Positions 16,262 through 25,633 of a DNA stretch of 28,099 bases are shown here, piece after piece. A program made the position numbers and the translations under genes. This DNA is from a virus (taxonomy: Duplodnaviria; Caudoviricetes). Position 1 is the first letter of the stretch. Each line of letters opens with the position of its first letter. The notes beneath the pieces were generated by a model. That model did no database searches and was not told where the DNA came from. It worked only from the letters and a program-made list of their open reading frames with translations. The DNA lies in IMG/VR virus record IMGVR_UViG_3300021338_000069, positions 1-28,099 of that record, one strand, 5' to 3'.

Positions 16262-16461
16262 TCCGGGCGCTGCACGATCTGCTGGTCGGAAAGGAGATCG
16301 TTGGCCCGGCCGATTTCTGGTCGCTGTCGCCGGGACAGGTCTGGTGGCTGATCGAGGCACGGATGCCGGCAAGCCGGTTCAGCCAGGACCGATGGGACAA
16401 TCTGAAAGCGTGGCTGCGCCGCGAGAAGGAGCAGGACCGCAATGGCCAACATAGTGGGTGA
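16213..16461 (+). CDS. gpT-like extension reached by a -1 programmed frameshift (gpGT spans 15848-16461)
   Basis: The -1 frame is open to TGA 16459-16461: KKAGAEKGEEEPGQGIVRALHDLLVGKEIVGPADFWSLSPGQVWWLIEARM...HSG. PxxFWxLxP is typical of tail chaperone T domains. Absent from the ORF track. Confidence 0.8.
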   Translation, partial: KKAGAEKGEEEPGQGIVRALHDLLVGKEIVGPADFWSLSPGQVWWLIEARMPASRFSQDRWDNLKAWLRREKEQDRNGQHSG

Positions 16462-18292
16462 CATCGCCGTCAGCGTCGGCGCGGATACCTCTGACTTCGA
16501 GCGTGGCATGCGCCGCGCCCAGGGGCGGCTTGGTTCGTTCGACAAGAGCGCCGCGCAGATGGCGAAGAATATTGCCAAGGTCGGTGTCGCGGTCGGGGCA
16601 GTCGGTGTGGCGGCGGTGGCAGGCGGCTACAGGATCGCGCAGTCCGCCGCCGCCACGGCGAAGGAGATCGAGAACCTGTCCAGCCTGGCCGGGGTGAGCG
16701 CCGAGCGGTTCCAGAAATATGCCGCCGCCGCAGACAAGGTCGGGATCGGCCAGGAAAAGCTGGCCGACATCTTCAAGGATGTGAACGACAAGGTCGGCGA
16801 TTTCATCGCCAACGGCGCCGGTCCGCTGCAGGACTTCTTTGACAACATCGCGCCGCAGGTCGGGGTGACGGCGGATCAGTTCGCCCGTCTGTCCGGGCCG
16901 GAGGCGCTGCAGCTCTACGTCAGTTCGCTGGAACAGGCTGGCGTGTCGCAGCAGCAGATGACGTTTTACATGGAAGCGATCGCCAGCGACGCAACCGCGC
17001 TGATCCCGCTGCTGCGCGACGGCGGTTCCGAGATGCGGCGGCTGGGGGATGAGGCCGAGCGATCGGGCCGGATCCTGAGCAACGACATGGTGCGCGGCGG
17101 CGCCGAGCTGGACCGCAAGATGGCGGACCTGTCGGCGACGATCAGCCGGAAGTTCACGGCGGCCGTGCTGGACAATGCGGAGGAGATTTCCGCGCTGGTG
17201 GATGTTTTTTCCGATGAACTCATTCCGGCGTTGATTGCTGTCGGAACATTCGTCGGAGGCGTCGCAACAAAGGTCGGAGAGATGGCTGGTGCCATCGGAT
17301 CGGCTGCCGAAAGCGTCGGCACCTTTTACGAACAGGCCTCAAAATTCGCGCAGGGAAAGGGGATGACCGCGCACGCGATCTGGGGAGATGACGAAAGCAA
17401 GTGGCCAGCATGGCTGCAGTCTCTGCGCGGAACGGCAGCGTCACCGACGCCGCCAATGGTGACAACAGGAACAGGGTTGAACGCCGGGGACGATCTGTTG
17501 CCGCCGACCATGTTGCCAGAGGTTGTCTTTCCTTCCGGATCAGCGTCGCCGGGAAGCCCGCTTGCGCCTTCGTCCTCTCTGCGCCCGCGCCTGCCGTCCG
17601 TGGACTTCGGCAGCGATCCTGCAGGTGGCGGCGGCGGCCGCAACATCGCGGAGGATTTCCAGCGGTTCCAGCAATCGCTGATGACGCAGGCCGAAATGGT
17701 CGAGCAATGGCGGTCGGAGCAGCTGGAAAAGCTGGCGGAGTACCGCGAGGCCCGCGTCGGAACGGAGGAGCTGTACAACGAGGCGGAGCGGCGGATCGAG
17801 GAGGAGCACCAAAAGGCGCTTTCCGAAATCAACCGGCGCGCGATGGACGAACGGCTCTACGCCATCGGCGGCGCGCTCGGCGATGTGGCGACGCTGATGC
17901 AGACCGAGAACGACAAGCTGTTCCGCATCGGCCAGGCTGCCGCCGTGGCGCAGGCGGTGGTCGATGGCTGGTCCGCAGCGACGGCGGCGTGGGCCAAGGG
18001 GATGCAGGTTGGCGGCCCGCCGGTGGCCGCAGCCTTCACCGCCGCCTCGCTGGCGCGCACCGGCGCGATGATCGCCTCGATCTCCAGCGCGAGCCCGCGC
18101 GGCACCGGCGGTGGCGGTCCCGGCGGCGGTGGCGGGGCGACAGGTGCCGTGTCCGCCGCCGCGCCGCTCAACGTCTACCTGCCGCAGATCGAGCCGCAGG
18201 GGATGTATTCCGGATCCACCATTTCCTCGCTGTTCGAACAGCTGCAGAAGGAGGCCGGCGACCGCGGTCTGAAAATGGTGTTCGCGTCATGA
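16442..18292 (+). CDS. Tape measure protein
   Basis: IVGDIAVSVGADTSDF start, Ala-rich helical sequence, EKLADIFKDVNDKVGDF, Gly-rich C-terminus, plus synteny. Confidence 0.9.
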   Translation: MANIVGDIAVSVGADTSDFERGMRRAQGRLGSFDKSAAQMAKNIAKVGVAVGAVGVAAVAGGYRIAQSAAATAKEIENLSSLAGVSAERFQKYAAAADKVGIGQEKLADIFKDVNDKVGDFIANGAGPLQDFFDNIAPQVGVTADQFARLSGPEALQLYVSSLEQAGVSQQQMTFYMEAIASDATALIPLLRDGGSEMRRLGDEAERSGRILSNDMVRGGAELDRKMADLSATISRKFTAAVLDNAEEISALVDVFSDELIPALIAVGTFVGGVATKVGEMAGAIGSAAESVGTFYEQASKFAQGKGMTAHAIWGDDESKWPAWLQSLRGTAASPTPPMVTTGTGLNAGDDLLPPTMLPEVVFPSGSASPGSPLAPSSSLRPRLPSVDFGSDPAGGGGGRNIAEDFQRFQQSLMTQAEMVEQWRSEQLEKLAEYREARVGTEELYNEAERRIEEEHQKALSEINRRAMDERLYAIGGALGDVATLMQTENDKLFRIGQAAAVAQAVVDGWSAATAAWAKGMQVGGPPVAAAFTAASLARTGAMIASISSASPRGTGGGGPGGGGGATGAVSAAAPLNVYLPQIEPQGMYSGSTISSLFEQLQKEAGDRGLKMVFAS

Positions 18293-19131
18293 CCATTTCC
18301 ATCTCCACCGCCAGGGCCGCGGACCTTGCGGCGCACGAGCTGCAGCACAACCCGCTGATCGTCTGGGAACAGCTGGCCGCCAGCGCGGCGACGGGCGTCG
18401 GGACGCAGGTCGAGACGGCGGCCAACGCGCTGGACCCGGCGACCTATAATTTCTGGGCGGCGACGCCGAATGTCTCTGACGCCGCCGCGCTCGACCTGAC
18501 GCTGGCCGCCGGGGCCGCGGTCAACTTCGTCGGCCTCGCGGCGCACAACCTGGCGGATATCGGCGCCACGGTCACGCTGCAATATTCCACCGACGGCGGC
18601 AGCAGCTGGACCGACAGCGCGGCGCCTGCCGTGACCCCGGCAGACAACCGCGCGATCGGGTTCCGGTTCGCGGTCTCCACCGCGGCGGACTGGCGGCTGG
18701 CGATCAGCGATGCGGCCGACGATGCGGTGATCGGCGTGGCGCTGGCCGGGCGCGAGATCGTGATCGAACGGCGGCTGTACCAGGGATATGCGCCGCCGCT
18801 GACGCCGAACCGGGTGGAGCTGCTGTCCAACATCTCGGAGGGCGGGCATTTCCTGGGCAACTCGGCCATGCGCACCGGGTCGCAGGTGACCGCCAGCCTG
18901 TCGCACGTGACCCCGTCGCAGATCCGCTCGGCAGCATGGCTGGCGTTCCAGCAGGCGTTCAACGCCGGCACGCCGTTTTTCTGGGCCTGGCGGCCGGGTA
19001 AGTACGGCGATCTGTTCTACGCCCAGCGGCAGGCGGGGGGCGGCGCGCTGGCGCCGGTGAACTCCGGCCCGCGCGACCTGATGAGTTTCGACTTGCCGAT
19101 GCGGCTGTTCCACGATGAGGCGATGACATGA
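18289..19131 (+). CDS. Putative distal tail (Dit-like) protein with an inserted beta-sandwich
   Basis: ATGA-coupled after the tape measure. GLAAHNL and PFFWAWRP motifs. Confidence 0.65.
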   Translation: MTISISTARAADLAAHELQHNPLIVWEQLAASAATGVGTQVETAANALDPATYNFWAATPNVSDAAALDLTLAAGAAVNFVGLAAHNLADIGATVTLQYSTDGGSSWTDSAAPAVTPADNRAIGFRFAVSTAADWRLAISDAADDAVIGVALAGREIVIERRLYQGYAPPLTPNRVELLSNISEGGHFLGNSAMRTGSQVTASLSHVTPSQIRSAAWLAFQQAFNAGTPFFWAWRPGKYGDLFYAQRQAGGGALAPVNSGPRDLMSFDLPMRLFHDEAMT

Positions 19132-19382
19132 TGATCCAGCAATTGAGTATCGACACATCTGAAGCCAGCGCAGTTATTGCGGCGATAGGGGATCTGTTTG
19201 ACCGTCTATCTGAGGCGGACCAGGAAACTTTTCAGTCTTGCATTGATGAATTGACAGCCTCCAACCGGCTGACCGTTTTCCTCCCATTGGGCGCGGAAGA
19301 AGACGCGCTGATCGTATTGGCGTCGCCTGACCTTCTGGACCTGATGCGCCAGTACGAAGGCAGGGCGGAGGGTGGTCATTGA
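19128..19382 (+). CDS. Acidic 84-aa hypothetical protein inserted in the tail-tip module
   Basis: Overlaps both neighbours by 4 nt. GC is about 48% in 19141-19260 (57/120 by hand count), well below the flanks. Confidence 0.6.
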   Translation: MMIQQLSIDTSEASAVIAAIGDLFDRLSEADQETFQSCIDELTASNRLTVFLPLGAEEDALIVLASPDLLDLMRQYEGRAEGGH

Positions 19383-21154
19383 CCGGCCCGCGCTATCCCG
19401 TGCAGATCGTCGAGATCGATGTTGATTTCTGCGAGAACGCCTACGGCTCGGCCCCCTGCACGGCGGCGCTGTCGGCGGATGCGCCGCGCAAGTGTTTCAA
19501 CACCTTTCGCACCTGCCAGGACATTGCGAACTGGGCGGCCGGGACAAAGACGCTGCGCTTTGCCCGGGCGCAGTCCGGCCTGCCCAGGGGCATGCTGATC
19601 TACCCGGCGCTGAAATCGGTCAGCACAAACCCATCGGAAATCAACATGGGCGGGATCGACGACCGCACCGGGCCCCTGGGCAAGCGGGCGCGGGTCACCG
19701 TCGAGCTGGCCGATTTCATCGACAGCGACACCGGCTTCGATCCCTACCAGGCCGAGCGGATCTCGGGCGCGGCGCAGTTTTCCGGCACCGGCTACGACCC
19801 GCGCGGGCAGGGCACCTTCTTTGGCCGCCTGCTGGCGCGCTGGCCCTACTACCTGGGCCGGTCGCTGCGGGTGCTGGAGGGCTACGAGGGGCAGGCGCTG
19901 GCCGCGATGCGCACCCGCCACTACGTGATCGCGGAGTGGGAGGGGCCGGACACCGCAGGCGGCGCCGTGCGTATCGTCGCCAAGGACGTGCTGGACCTGG
20001 CCGAGAACGACAAGGCGGTCTGCCCGGCGGTGTCCAAGGGCACGCTGGGGGCCGACATCGCCGAGGCCGGGCTGCCGGAAATCACGCTGGAGCCCGCCGG
20101 CATCGGCGCGGAATACGCCGCCTCCGGGCGCGCCTCGATCGGGTCGGAGATCGTGACCTTCACCCGGTCCGGCGACGTGGTGACGGTGACGGGTCGGGCG
20201 ATCGACGGCTCCTCCGCCGCCAGCCATTCTGAGGGCGACCTGTTCCAGCAATGCTACCGCGTCGAGGATCAGTTCATCGGCGATGTCGCCGCCGACCTGC
20301 TGGAGAATTTCGCCGGTGTCGACCCGGCGTTCCTGCCGACGGCGGACTGGGACGCGGAGGGCGACTGGCTGTCCGGCTTCCCGGTGACTGCGACCATCGC
20401 CAAGCCGACCGGGGTTGCGAAACTGCTGGGGGAGCTGGCGCAGCACGGCGTGTTCTGGTGGTGGGACGACGTGGCGCAGAAGGTGCGGATGCGGGCCAAC
20501 CGGCCGCTGGCCTATGGCGAGACGCAGCAGGCATTTTCCGAGGCGGGCGATGTGGTGGCCGGAAGTGCTGCCCGCACCGACCTGGTCGACCAGCGCGTCA
20601 CCCAGGTGCTGGTCTACCACGGGATGCTGGATGCCACCGGCGGCGTCGAGGATGCCAGCAACTACGACATGGTCACCGTCGGATTGAACGATGGCGGCTC
20701 TGCAAACAAGAACGGCCAGGATCGGATCGTCAGGGTTTTCACACGCTGGCTGAAAGATGGCGATAACAACGCGGCGAGTGAACTGGCTGATCGCCTTGCG
20801 AACAGATACGAGGACCCTCCCAAGCAGGTGACATTCAAGCTGGACGCCAAAGACCGGGAAGATGTCAGCCCTGCCGACCTGATCACCTTGTCAACGTGGC
20901 TGATTCAGGATGCCACCGGGGCCACAGATCCGACTGAAATGCTGGTGACCTCAACGGAGGAAACAAGCCCGGGGCACGATGTGAAGATCACAGCCGTAAG
21001 CCACGGGTTTCTGGGTCGCTTCGGATTCATCATGGAGGACGCGGCGCCGGATTACGACAGCGCCACCGATGAGGAAAAGCGGTGGGGGTGCTTTCTGATC
21101 GACGATGCCGAGGAAACATTTCCGGACGGCACTGACCCATATGTGATTTTCTGA
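19379..21154 (+). CDS. Tail tip hub/baseplate protein with a Cys-rich N-terminus
   Basis: TTG start with a GGAGG RBS. N-terminal C..C..C..C (FCENAYGSAPC...KCFNTFRTC). 591 aa, located after the Dit-like gene. Confidence 0.7.
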   Translation: MTGPRYPVQIVEIDVDFCENAYGSAPCTAALSADAPRKCFNTFRTCQDIANWAAGTKTLRFARAQSGLPRGMLIYPALKSVSTNPSEINMGGIDDRTGPLGKRARVTVELADFIDSDTGFDPYQAERISGAAQFSGTGYDPRGQGTFFGRLLARWPYYLGRSLRVLEGYEGQALAAMRTRHYVIAEWEGPDTAGGAVRIVAKDVLDLAENDKAVCPAVSKGTLGADIAEAGLPEITLEPAGIGAEYAASGRASIGSEIVTFTRSGDVVTVTGRAIDGSSAASHSEGDLFQQCYRVEDQFIGDVAADLLENFAGVDPAFLPTADWDAEGDWLSGFPVTATIAKPTGVAKLLGELAQHGVFWWWDDVAQKVRMRANRPLAYGETQQAFSEAGDVVAGSAARTDLVDQRVTQVLVYHGMLDATGGVEDASNYDMVTVGLNDGGSANKNGQDRIVRVFTRWLKDGDNNAASELADRLANRYEDPPKQVTFKLDAKDREDVSPADLITLSTWLIQDATGATDPTEMLVTSTEETSPGHDVKITAVSHGFLGRFGFIMEDAAPDYDSATDEEKRWGCFLIDDAEETFPDGTDPYVIF

Positions 21155-21166
21155 CAGGACTGACAA

Positions 21167-21697
21167 ATGGCTTCTTTCTCTCTGTCCGCTGTACTCGACG
21201 CATACCTGGCGCACTTGTCTCCGGTGACGGTTTCAAAACTTCGTCAGTTGCGCGACAACCCGATCGCGATTGCCGAGGGCGCGTCCGGGGCTGCACGAGT
21301 GGCGCAGCACACGTTGTCAGGCTCTGCCACCGCCTCCAGCCTGCTGGCCTTCACCGGGCTTGGCGGATACCAGGGCGTGAACATCACCTTTCACCTGTAC
21401 AACTCCGGGGGCACGCCGCGGACGCCGACCATCGCGCTCAGCGACGACGGCGTGACCTATGGCGCGGCCACGAACCTGCCGACGCTTCCGGCGAACGGGG
21501 CCTACACCGCGACGCTGACGATCGATTTCGCGACCGGAGACTATCGCGTGGCCTATGGCGGCGCCGACGGGGTGGGGCATGCCACCGGCACGATCGCGGG
21601 CGGCGGCGCGTCGGTCGCCGCGTTCCGCTTCGCCACCACCTCCGACATGACGATGTCCGCCATCGGCTACGGCACCGGCGGCGAGGCGGCCAGCTGA
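21167..21697 (+). CDS. Minor tail/fibre-associated protein
   Basis: LRDNPIAIAEGA motif followed by a small-residue beta-rich domain. AGGA RBS. Confidence 0.65.
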   Translation: MASFSLSAVLDAYLAHLSPVTVSKLRQLRDNPIAIAEGASGAARVAQHTLSGSATASSLLAFTGLGGYQGVNITFHLYNSGGTPRTPTIALSDDGVTYGAATNLPTLPANGAYTATLTIDFATGDYRVAYGGADGVGHATGTIAGGGASVAAFRFATTSDMTMSAIGYGTGGEAAS

Positions 21698-21755
21698 CGC
21701 CGCCGGCCCCTGCGGCCGTTCCAGACACTGACCCTTCCGATAAGGAGACCTGCAG

Positions 21756-24700
21756 ATGACAACGCTCTGCACCGTGACCGGCATTCTGCACGACCGGCAA
21801 GGCAACCCCGTGACCAACGCCGATATTTCGCTGGCCTATCCCTCCGGCGTGGAGGGCGGCGACGGGTTGTATTCCCCGGTGGTGATCCAGACCACCACCA
21901 GCGGCGCCGGCGCGATCGACGTTGATCTCTACAACGGCCGCTACCTCGGGACGCTGGTCGCAAACGGGTCGGTCGAGACCTTCTATCTCGACGTGCCGGA
22001 GGCCGCGACGGCGGATGTGGGCGATTGCGTGTCCGCGAACGGCACGCTGCCCTATGGCGCCTATGTCCTGTTGCGCGCCGCGCTGCTGGCGGCCGATCCG
22101 AAGGTTGCGCCGGTAGACGCAGACGCCCTGCCGCTGATCGACAGCGAGGACGGCGAGGCGATCAAGCGGGTCAGCGTCGCCGACCTCGGCGACTATCTCG
22201 GGATCGACAATCTTGCCAACGCCGCGCAGCTCTACAAATCGGCCATCCACGCGGCGCTGGATGCCGTGCGCGACGAGGCGGCGGCGGCCGGCGCGAACCT
22301 GGCCGACGATTACGACGACATCCTGTTCGTCGATGCGACCAGCGATTTCGAAAGCCTGGCGGTGGTGGTCAAGGATACCGGCGATGCGGCCAACGATTTC
22401 GTCGGATCGATCACCGATTTCATCCCCGCCGATACCTTCGGAGCGCCGAAGCTGTGCCTGCAGCAGGACGGATCGCTGAAGTACCAGCCGCACAACGACA
22501 TCCTCTGGTCGGAGGATCTGACGGCGTCCGGCTGGACCGCGGCGGGATGCACCGTCGCGGCCGACGACGAGGGACCGGCGGCGGGCTACGAGTCCAACCT
22601 GATCACGGCGACCGGGACCGGCCCCTACGTCAAACGCAACCTGACCTTCGCGCAGGATTTCCACCGCACCGATTCCATCGTGGTGAAGGCCGGCACCGCA
22701 AGCTGGTGCTACCTGCAGGTGCAGGACGGGGCCACGGTGTACCGCGCCTGGTTCAACCTGTCGACGGGCGAGGTCGGCACGACGGAGGCCGGGCTGACGG
22801 CCAGCATTTCGCCGCTGCAGAACGATGGCGCGCCATACTATGCCGGGTGGTATCGCATCTCTGTCTCGCGCAAGGCGGCGGCCTCGTCCGGCAGCATCTG
22901 GATCAGGCCCTGCGACGCCGACGGCGGCACCACGGTGACGGTCGGGCGCACGATGAAGGCCGCTCTGGCGCATGGGCATACCGGGCTTCTGCCGGTCGAT
23001 TACCTGAAAACCACCACGGCGAAGGTCTACGGCGCGCCCTACGACTGGACGCCCGGGCACCGGGCCGTGCGGTTCGATTTCCAGACCTCCTATCGCGGCC
23101 GCTACAGCGACGACCTGACCAATGCGGCCTGGGTCAAGAGCGGCTGTACCGTCGCGCTGGATGCCACCGGGCCGCACGGGGAGCCGTGCAGCACGGTGAC
23201 GGTGACCGTCGACAACGGCACCGTGCAGCAGGCGGTCACCTCCTCCGGCACCGCGCAGATGGGGTTCGGCTGGATCCGGCGCAAGACGGGCTCCGGCACG
23301 GTGGAGCTGTCGATGGACGGCGGCAGCACCTTCACCGATGTGACCGCGATGGTCGGCCTGGCGGGCGGGCCTTTCGGGCTGGCCTACCTCCGCGGAGCGG
23401 CCGCCGATCCGACCATTGTCTGGCGGTTCGGAACCGCAGGCGACGTGTTCGAGATGGCGCTGGTCAACGTGTCGGCCACCTACCACGTGCCGCCGCCGGC
23501 GCCATCTGTCGCGGCCGATCTGCTGGTGTCGGTGGAGGATCTGAAAATCCCCGTCGGCACGTTTCCCTCCGCCGCGGCGCAGACCGCCTATTTCGATATC
23601 TGGTATCCGAAAACCGCGCTCGGCTCGCCGACCGGCGGCGGGTCGCTCGGGTTCTACGGCGCGGGATCTGACCGGGCGACGGTGGATATTTCGCAGGACA
23701 CCGGCGACGACGGCTTTCTGCTGAAAAGCAATACCAACGACGGCACCTCCCGGATCATCGAGATGGGTGATTTCGAACCGGCGGGGCGGCTGCAGGTGCA
23801 GTACCGGGTGGCGGAGAACGACCATTCGATCTGTGCCAACGGCTCGGTTCCCTGGCTGAACCATCTGCCCGGCGCGATCACCTTCACCCACTTCGGGCTC
23901 TACCCGTTCCAGTCGATCTGGCTGAACCGGCTGGCCGTGATCCCCAGCGGGGTGTCGGACGATGCCGATGCGCTGCGCACCTGGATGCTGGACGCGGACG
24001 GCGAGAACGTGGACACCAATATCCTTGGCGCGGCGTTCCTCTACCGCGCCGGCAGCAATCCGGTGGCCGACCTGGCGCGCATCCCGGCGATCGAGGTGCT
24101 GTACGAGCGCGGCGACAAATGCGGGATCATCGCGGTCACCGGCGAGAAATTCACCGCCGGCTACGGCACGGAATCGCCCAAGCGCGCGATCGGCCGGCGG
24201 TATGAGTTCGACCGCGCGGCCGGAACGCTGACGCCGCTGGGCGACAGTTTCGTCATCTACGAGCCGTCTGGATGGTCGTCAGGGCTGGGCGGCGTGCAGG
24301 GGTTCACGCTGATCAAGATCAAGCACGGGCCGTACCGCGGTAGGCTGGTGCTGGTGCTGATGGAGCAGGACAGCGTCAGCGGAACCCGCACCGACGACGC
24401 GCGCAACCTCTACGTGATGATCAGCGACGAAAACGGGGCGGACGGGTCGTGGTCGGCGCCGGTCAAGATCCTCGATATCTCTGCCTTCGGGCTGTCGAAC
24501 GGGTTCGTTGCCACCGGCGAGAACGGCACGTCGTTCCAGCTGACCGAAGGCGCGCAGGAGGGCCGCGTCTACATGACGCTGAACGCCAACAACCAGAACA
24601 ACTATGCCTTCTGGTGCGACGACTTCAAGACGGGCGGGGACGGCTCCGGCGAGACCTGGGCCTATTCCACCACGCCGGTGCCCTATATTCAGCCGTCCGG

Positions 24701-25175
24701 CGGGCATGTGACCGAACCTGCGCTGGCGGTTCTGCCGGACGACAAGACGATGGTCATGCTGTTCCGCAACGCCTCCTCCGGCACCGTCAAGTTCTCGGTG
24801 TCCGGGGACTACGGCAATACCTTCGACACGGTGGCGACCGCGATCTCGGGCTATACCGACAGCGCCGACGTGAACAACGGGTTCGTGCAGGACGATATTG
24901 CCGGTGACCTCGGGGTGTGGGGGCGCCTCGTCGCCGCAAAGGCGACCTATGGCACCCGGCAGGGGCACGTGATCATGTCGGCCAACGATGCCGCGATGAC
25001 CTTCGGCGATGTCTACAGGCTGATGGCGCGGCCCCGCTTCGCCGGGTACACGGTGCTGAAGAAGGCCTTTGCCGGCGACGACATCTTCGTTGCCGCGATC
25101 GAGACGCAGCCGGAGGTTTCGACCAACGTCGACACCTCGGTGCAGGTGGCGGTGTTCCGCTACCCGGTGAACTGA
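21756..25175 (+). CDS. Receptor-binding fibre/spike (1139 aa) with repeated carbohydrate-binding-like modules and a C-terminal sialidase-like beta-propeller
   Basis: TAAGGAG RBS. Internal repeat WSEDLTASGWTAAGCTVA / YSDDLTNAAWVKSGCTVA. C-terminal RIP motif, Asp-box-like SDENGADGSW and SGDYGNTF, TEPALAVL and AGYTVL. Confidence 0.75.
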   Translation: MTTLCTVTGILHDRQGNPVTNADISLAYPSGVEGGDGLYSPVVIQTTTSGAGAIDVDLYNGRYLGTLVANGSVETFYLDVPEAATADVGDCVSANGTLPYGAYVLLRAALLAADPKVAPVDADALPLIDSEDGEAIKRVSVADLGDYLGIDNLANAAQLYKSAIHAALDAVRDEAAAAGANLADDYDDILFVDATSDFESLAVVVKDTGDAANDFVGSITDFIPADTFGAPKLCLQQDGSLKYQPHNDILWSEDLTASGWTAAGCTVAADDEGPAAGYESNLITATGTGPYVKRNLTFAQDFHRTDSIVVKAGTASWCYLQVQDGATVYRAWFNLSTGEVGTTEAGLTASISPLQNDGAPYYAGWYRISVSRKAAASSGSIWIRPCDADGGTTVTVGRTMKAALAHGHTGLLPVDYLKTTTAKVYGAPYDWTPGHRAVRFDFQTSYRGRYSDDLTNAAWVKSGCTVALDATGPHGEPCSTVTVTVDNGTVQQAVTSSGTAQMGFGWIRRKTGSGTVELSMDGGSTFTDVTAMVGLAGGPFGLAYLRGAAADPTIVWRFGTAGDVFEMALVNVSATYHVPPPAPSVAADLLVSVEDLKIPVGTFPSAAAQTAYFDIWYPKTALGSPTGGGSLGFYGAGSDRATVDISQDTGDDGFLLKSNTNDGTSRIIEMGDFEPAGRLQVQYRVAENDHSICANGSVPWLNHLPGAITFTHFGLYPFQSIWLNRLAVIPSGVSDDADALRTWMLDADGENVDTNILGAAFLYRAGSNPVADLARIPAIEVLYERGDKCGIIAVTGEKFTAGYGTESPKRAIGRRYEFDRAAGTLTPLGDSFVIYEPSGWSSGLGGVQGFTLIKIKHGPYRGRLVLVLMEQDSVSGTRTDDARNLYVMISDENGADGSWSAPVKILDISAFGLSNGFVATGENGTSFQLTEGAQEGRVYMTLNANNQNNYAFWCDDFKTGGDGSGETWAYSTTPVPYIQPSGGHVTEPALAVLPDDKTMVMLFRNASSGTVKFSVSGDYGNTFDTVATAISGYTDSADVNNGFVQDDIAGDLGVWGRLVAAKATYGTRQGHVIMSANDAAMTFGDVYRLMARPRFAGYTVLKKAFAGDDIFVAAIETQPEVSTNVDTSVQVAVFRYPVN

Positions 25176-25633
25176 TGCCGCTGGTTCGGAGCGCACAGAT
25201 GGGCATCCTTGACACGATCGACCGCGAGGGGCGGTTCGGCGAATGGCTGGCGGCGCTGGCCATGCTCGCCATCGGTGCGGTGCTGGCCCTTCCCGGAGAC
25301 ACCATGATGTTTTCGGAATGGTGGGCGCTGCGCGATTTCGGCCTGCGCGAGGTGACCATCGGGTATGGGCTGGGCGCCATCGGCGGGGCGCGCATGGTGG
25401 CGCTGTACGTCAACGGCGCGTGGCACCGGACGCCGCTCCTGCGCGGCATCGGCGCGGTCATCGGCATGATGGTTTTTTCGGGACTGGCGCTGGCCTCGGC
25501 CTGGGCGTGGTGCGCCGGGCTGGTGTCGGCGCCGGATATGAACTTCGCCTTCTACCTGATCTTCGCGCTGGCGGATCTTCGGGGGGTGTACCGGGCAGGG
25601 ATGGACCATGACGCCGCAAGATTTTCTACCTGA
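25175..25633 (+). CDS. Four-TM membrane protein, putative holin/antiholin-type lysis component
   Basis: TGATG overlap, four hydrophobic stretches, ALYVNG..RTPLLR motif, located at the head of the lysis region. Confidence 0.65.
   Translation: MPLVRSAQMGILDTIDREGRFGEWLAALAMLAIGAVLALPGDTMMFSEWWALRDFGLREVTIGYGLGAIGGARMVALYVNGAWHRTPLLRGIGAVIGMMVFSGLALASAWAWCAGLVSAPDMNFAFYLIFALADLRGVYRAGMDHDAARFST

Noticed and set aside
7118-18292. Gene transfer agent cluster
   Set aside because: The replication helicase, origin, HNH/cos packaging, long tape measure and full lysis cassette indicate a genuine phage.
3305-23891. Long minus-strand ORFs (e.g. 3305-4549, 5272-6720, 9394-10665, 11265-12848, 19376-20620, 21438-23891)
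   Set aside because: They are antisense shadows of well-supported high-GC genes, with no motifs and low stop frequency expected from codon bias.
21756-25175. Diversity-generating retroelement or invertible tail-fibre cassette
   Set aside because: No reverse transcriptase, invertase or template/variable repeat pair was seen in the window.
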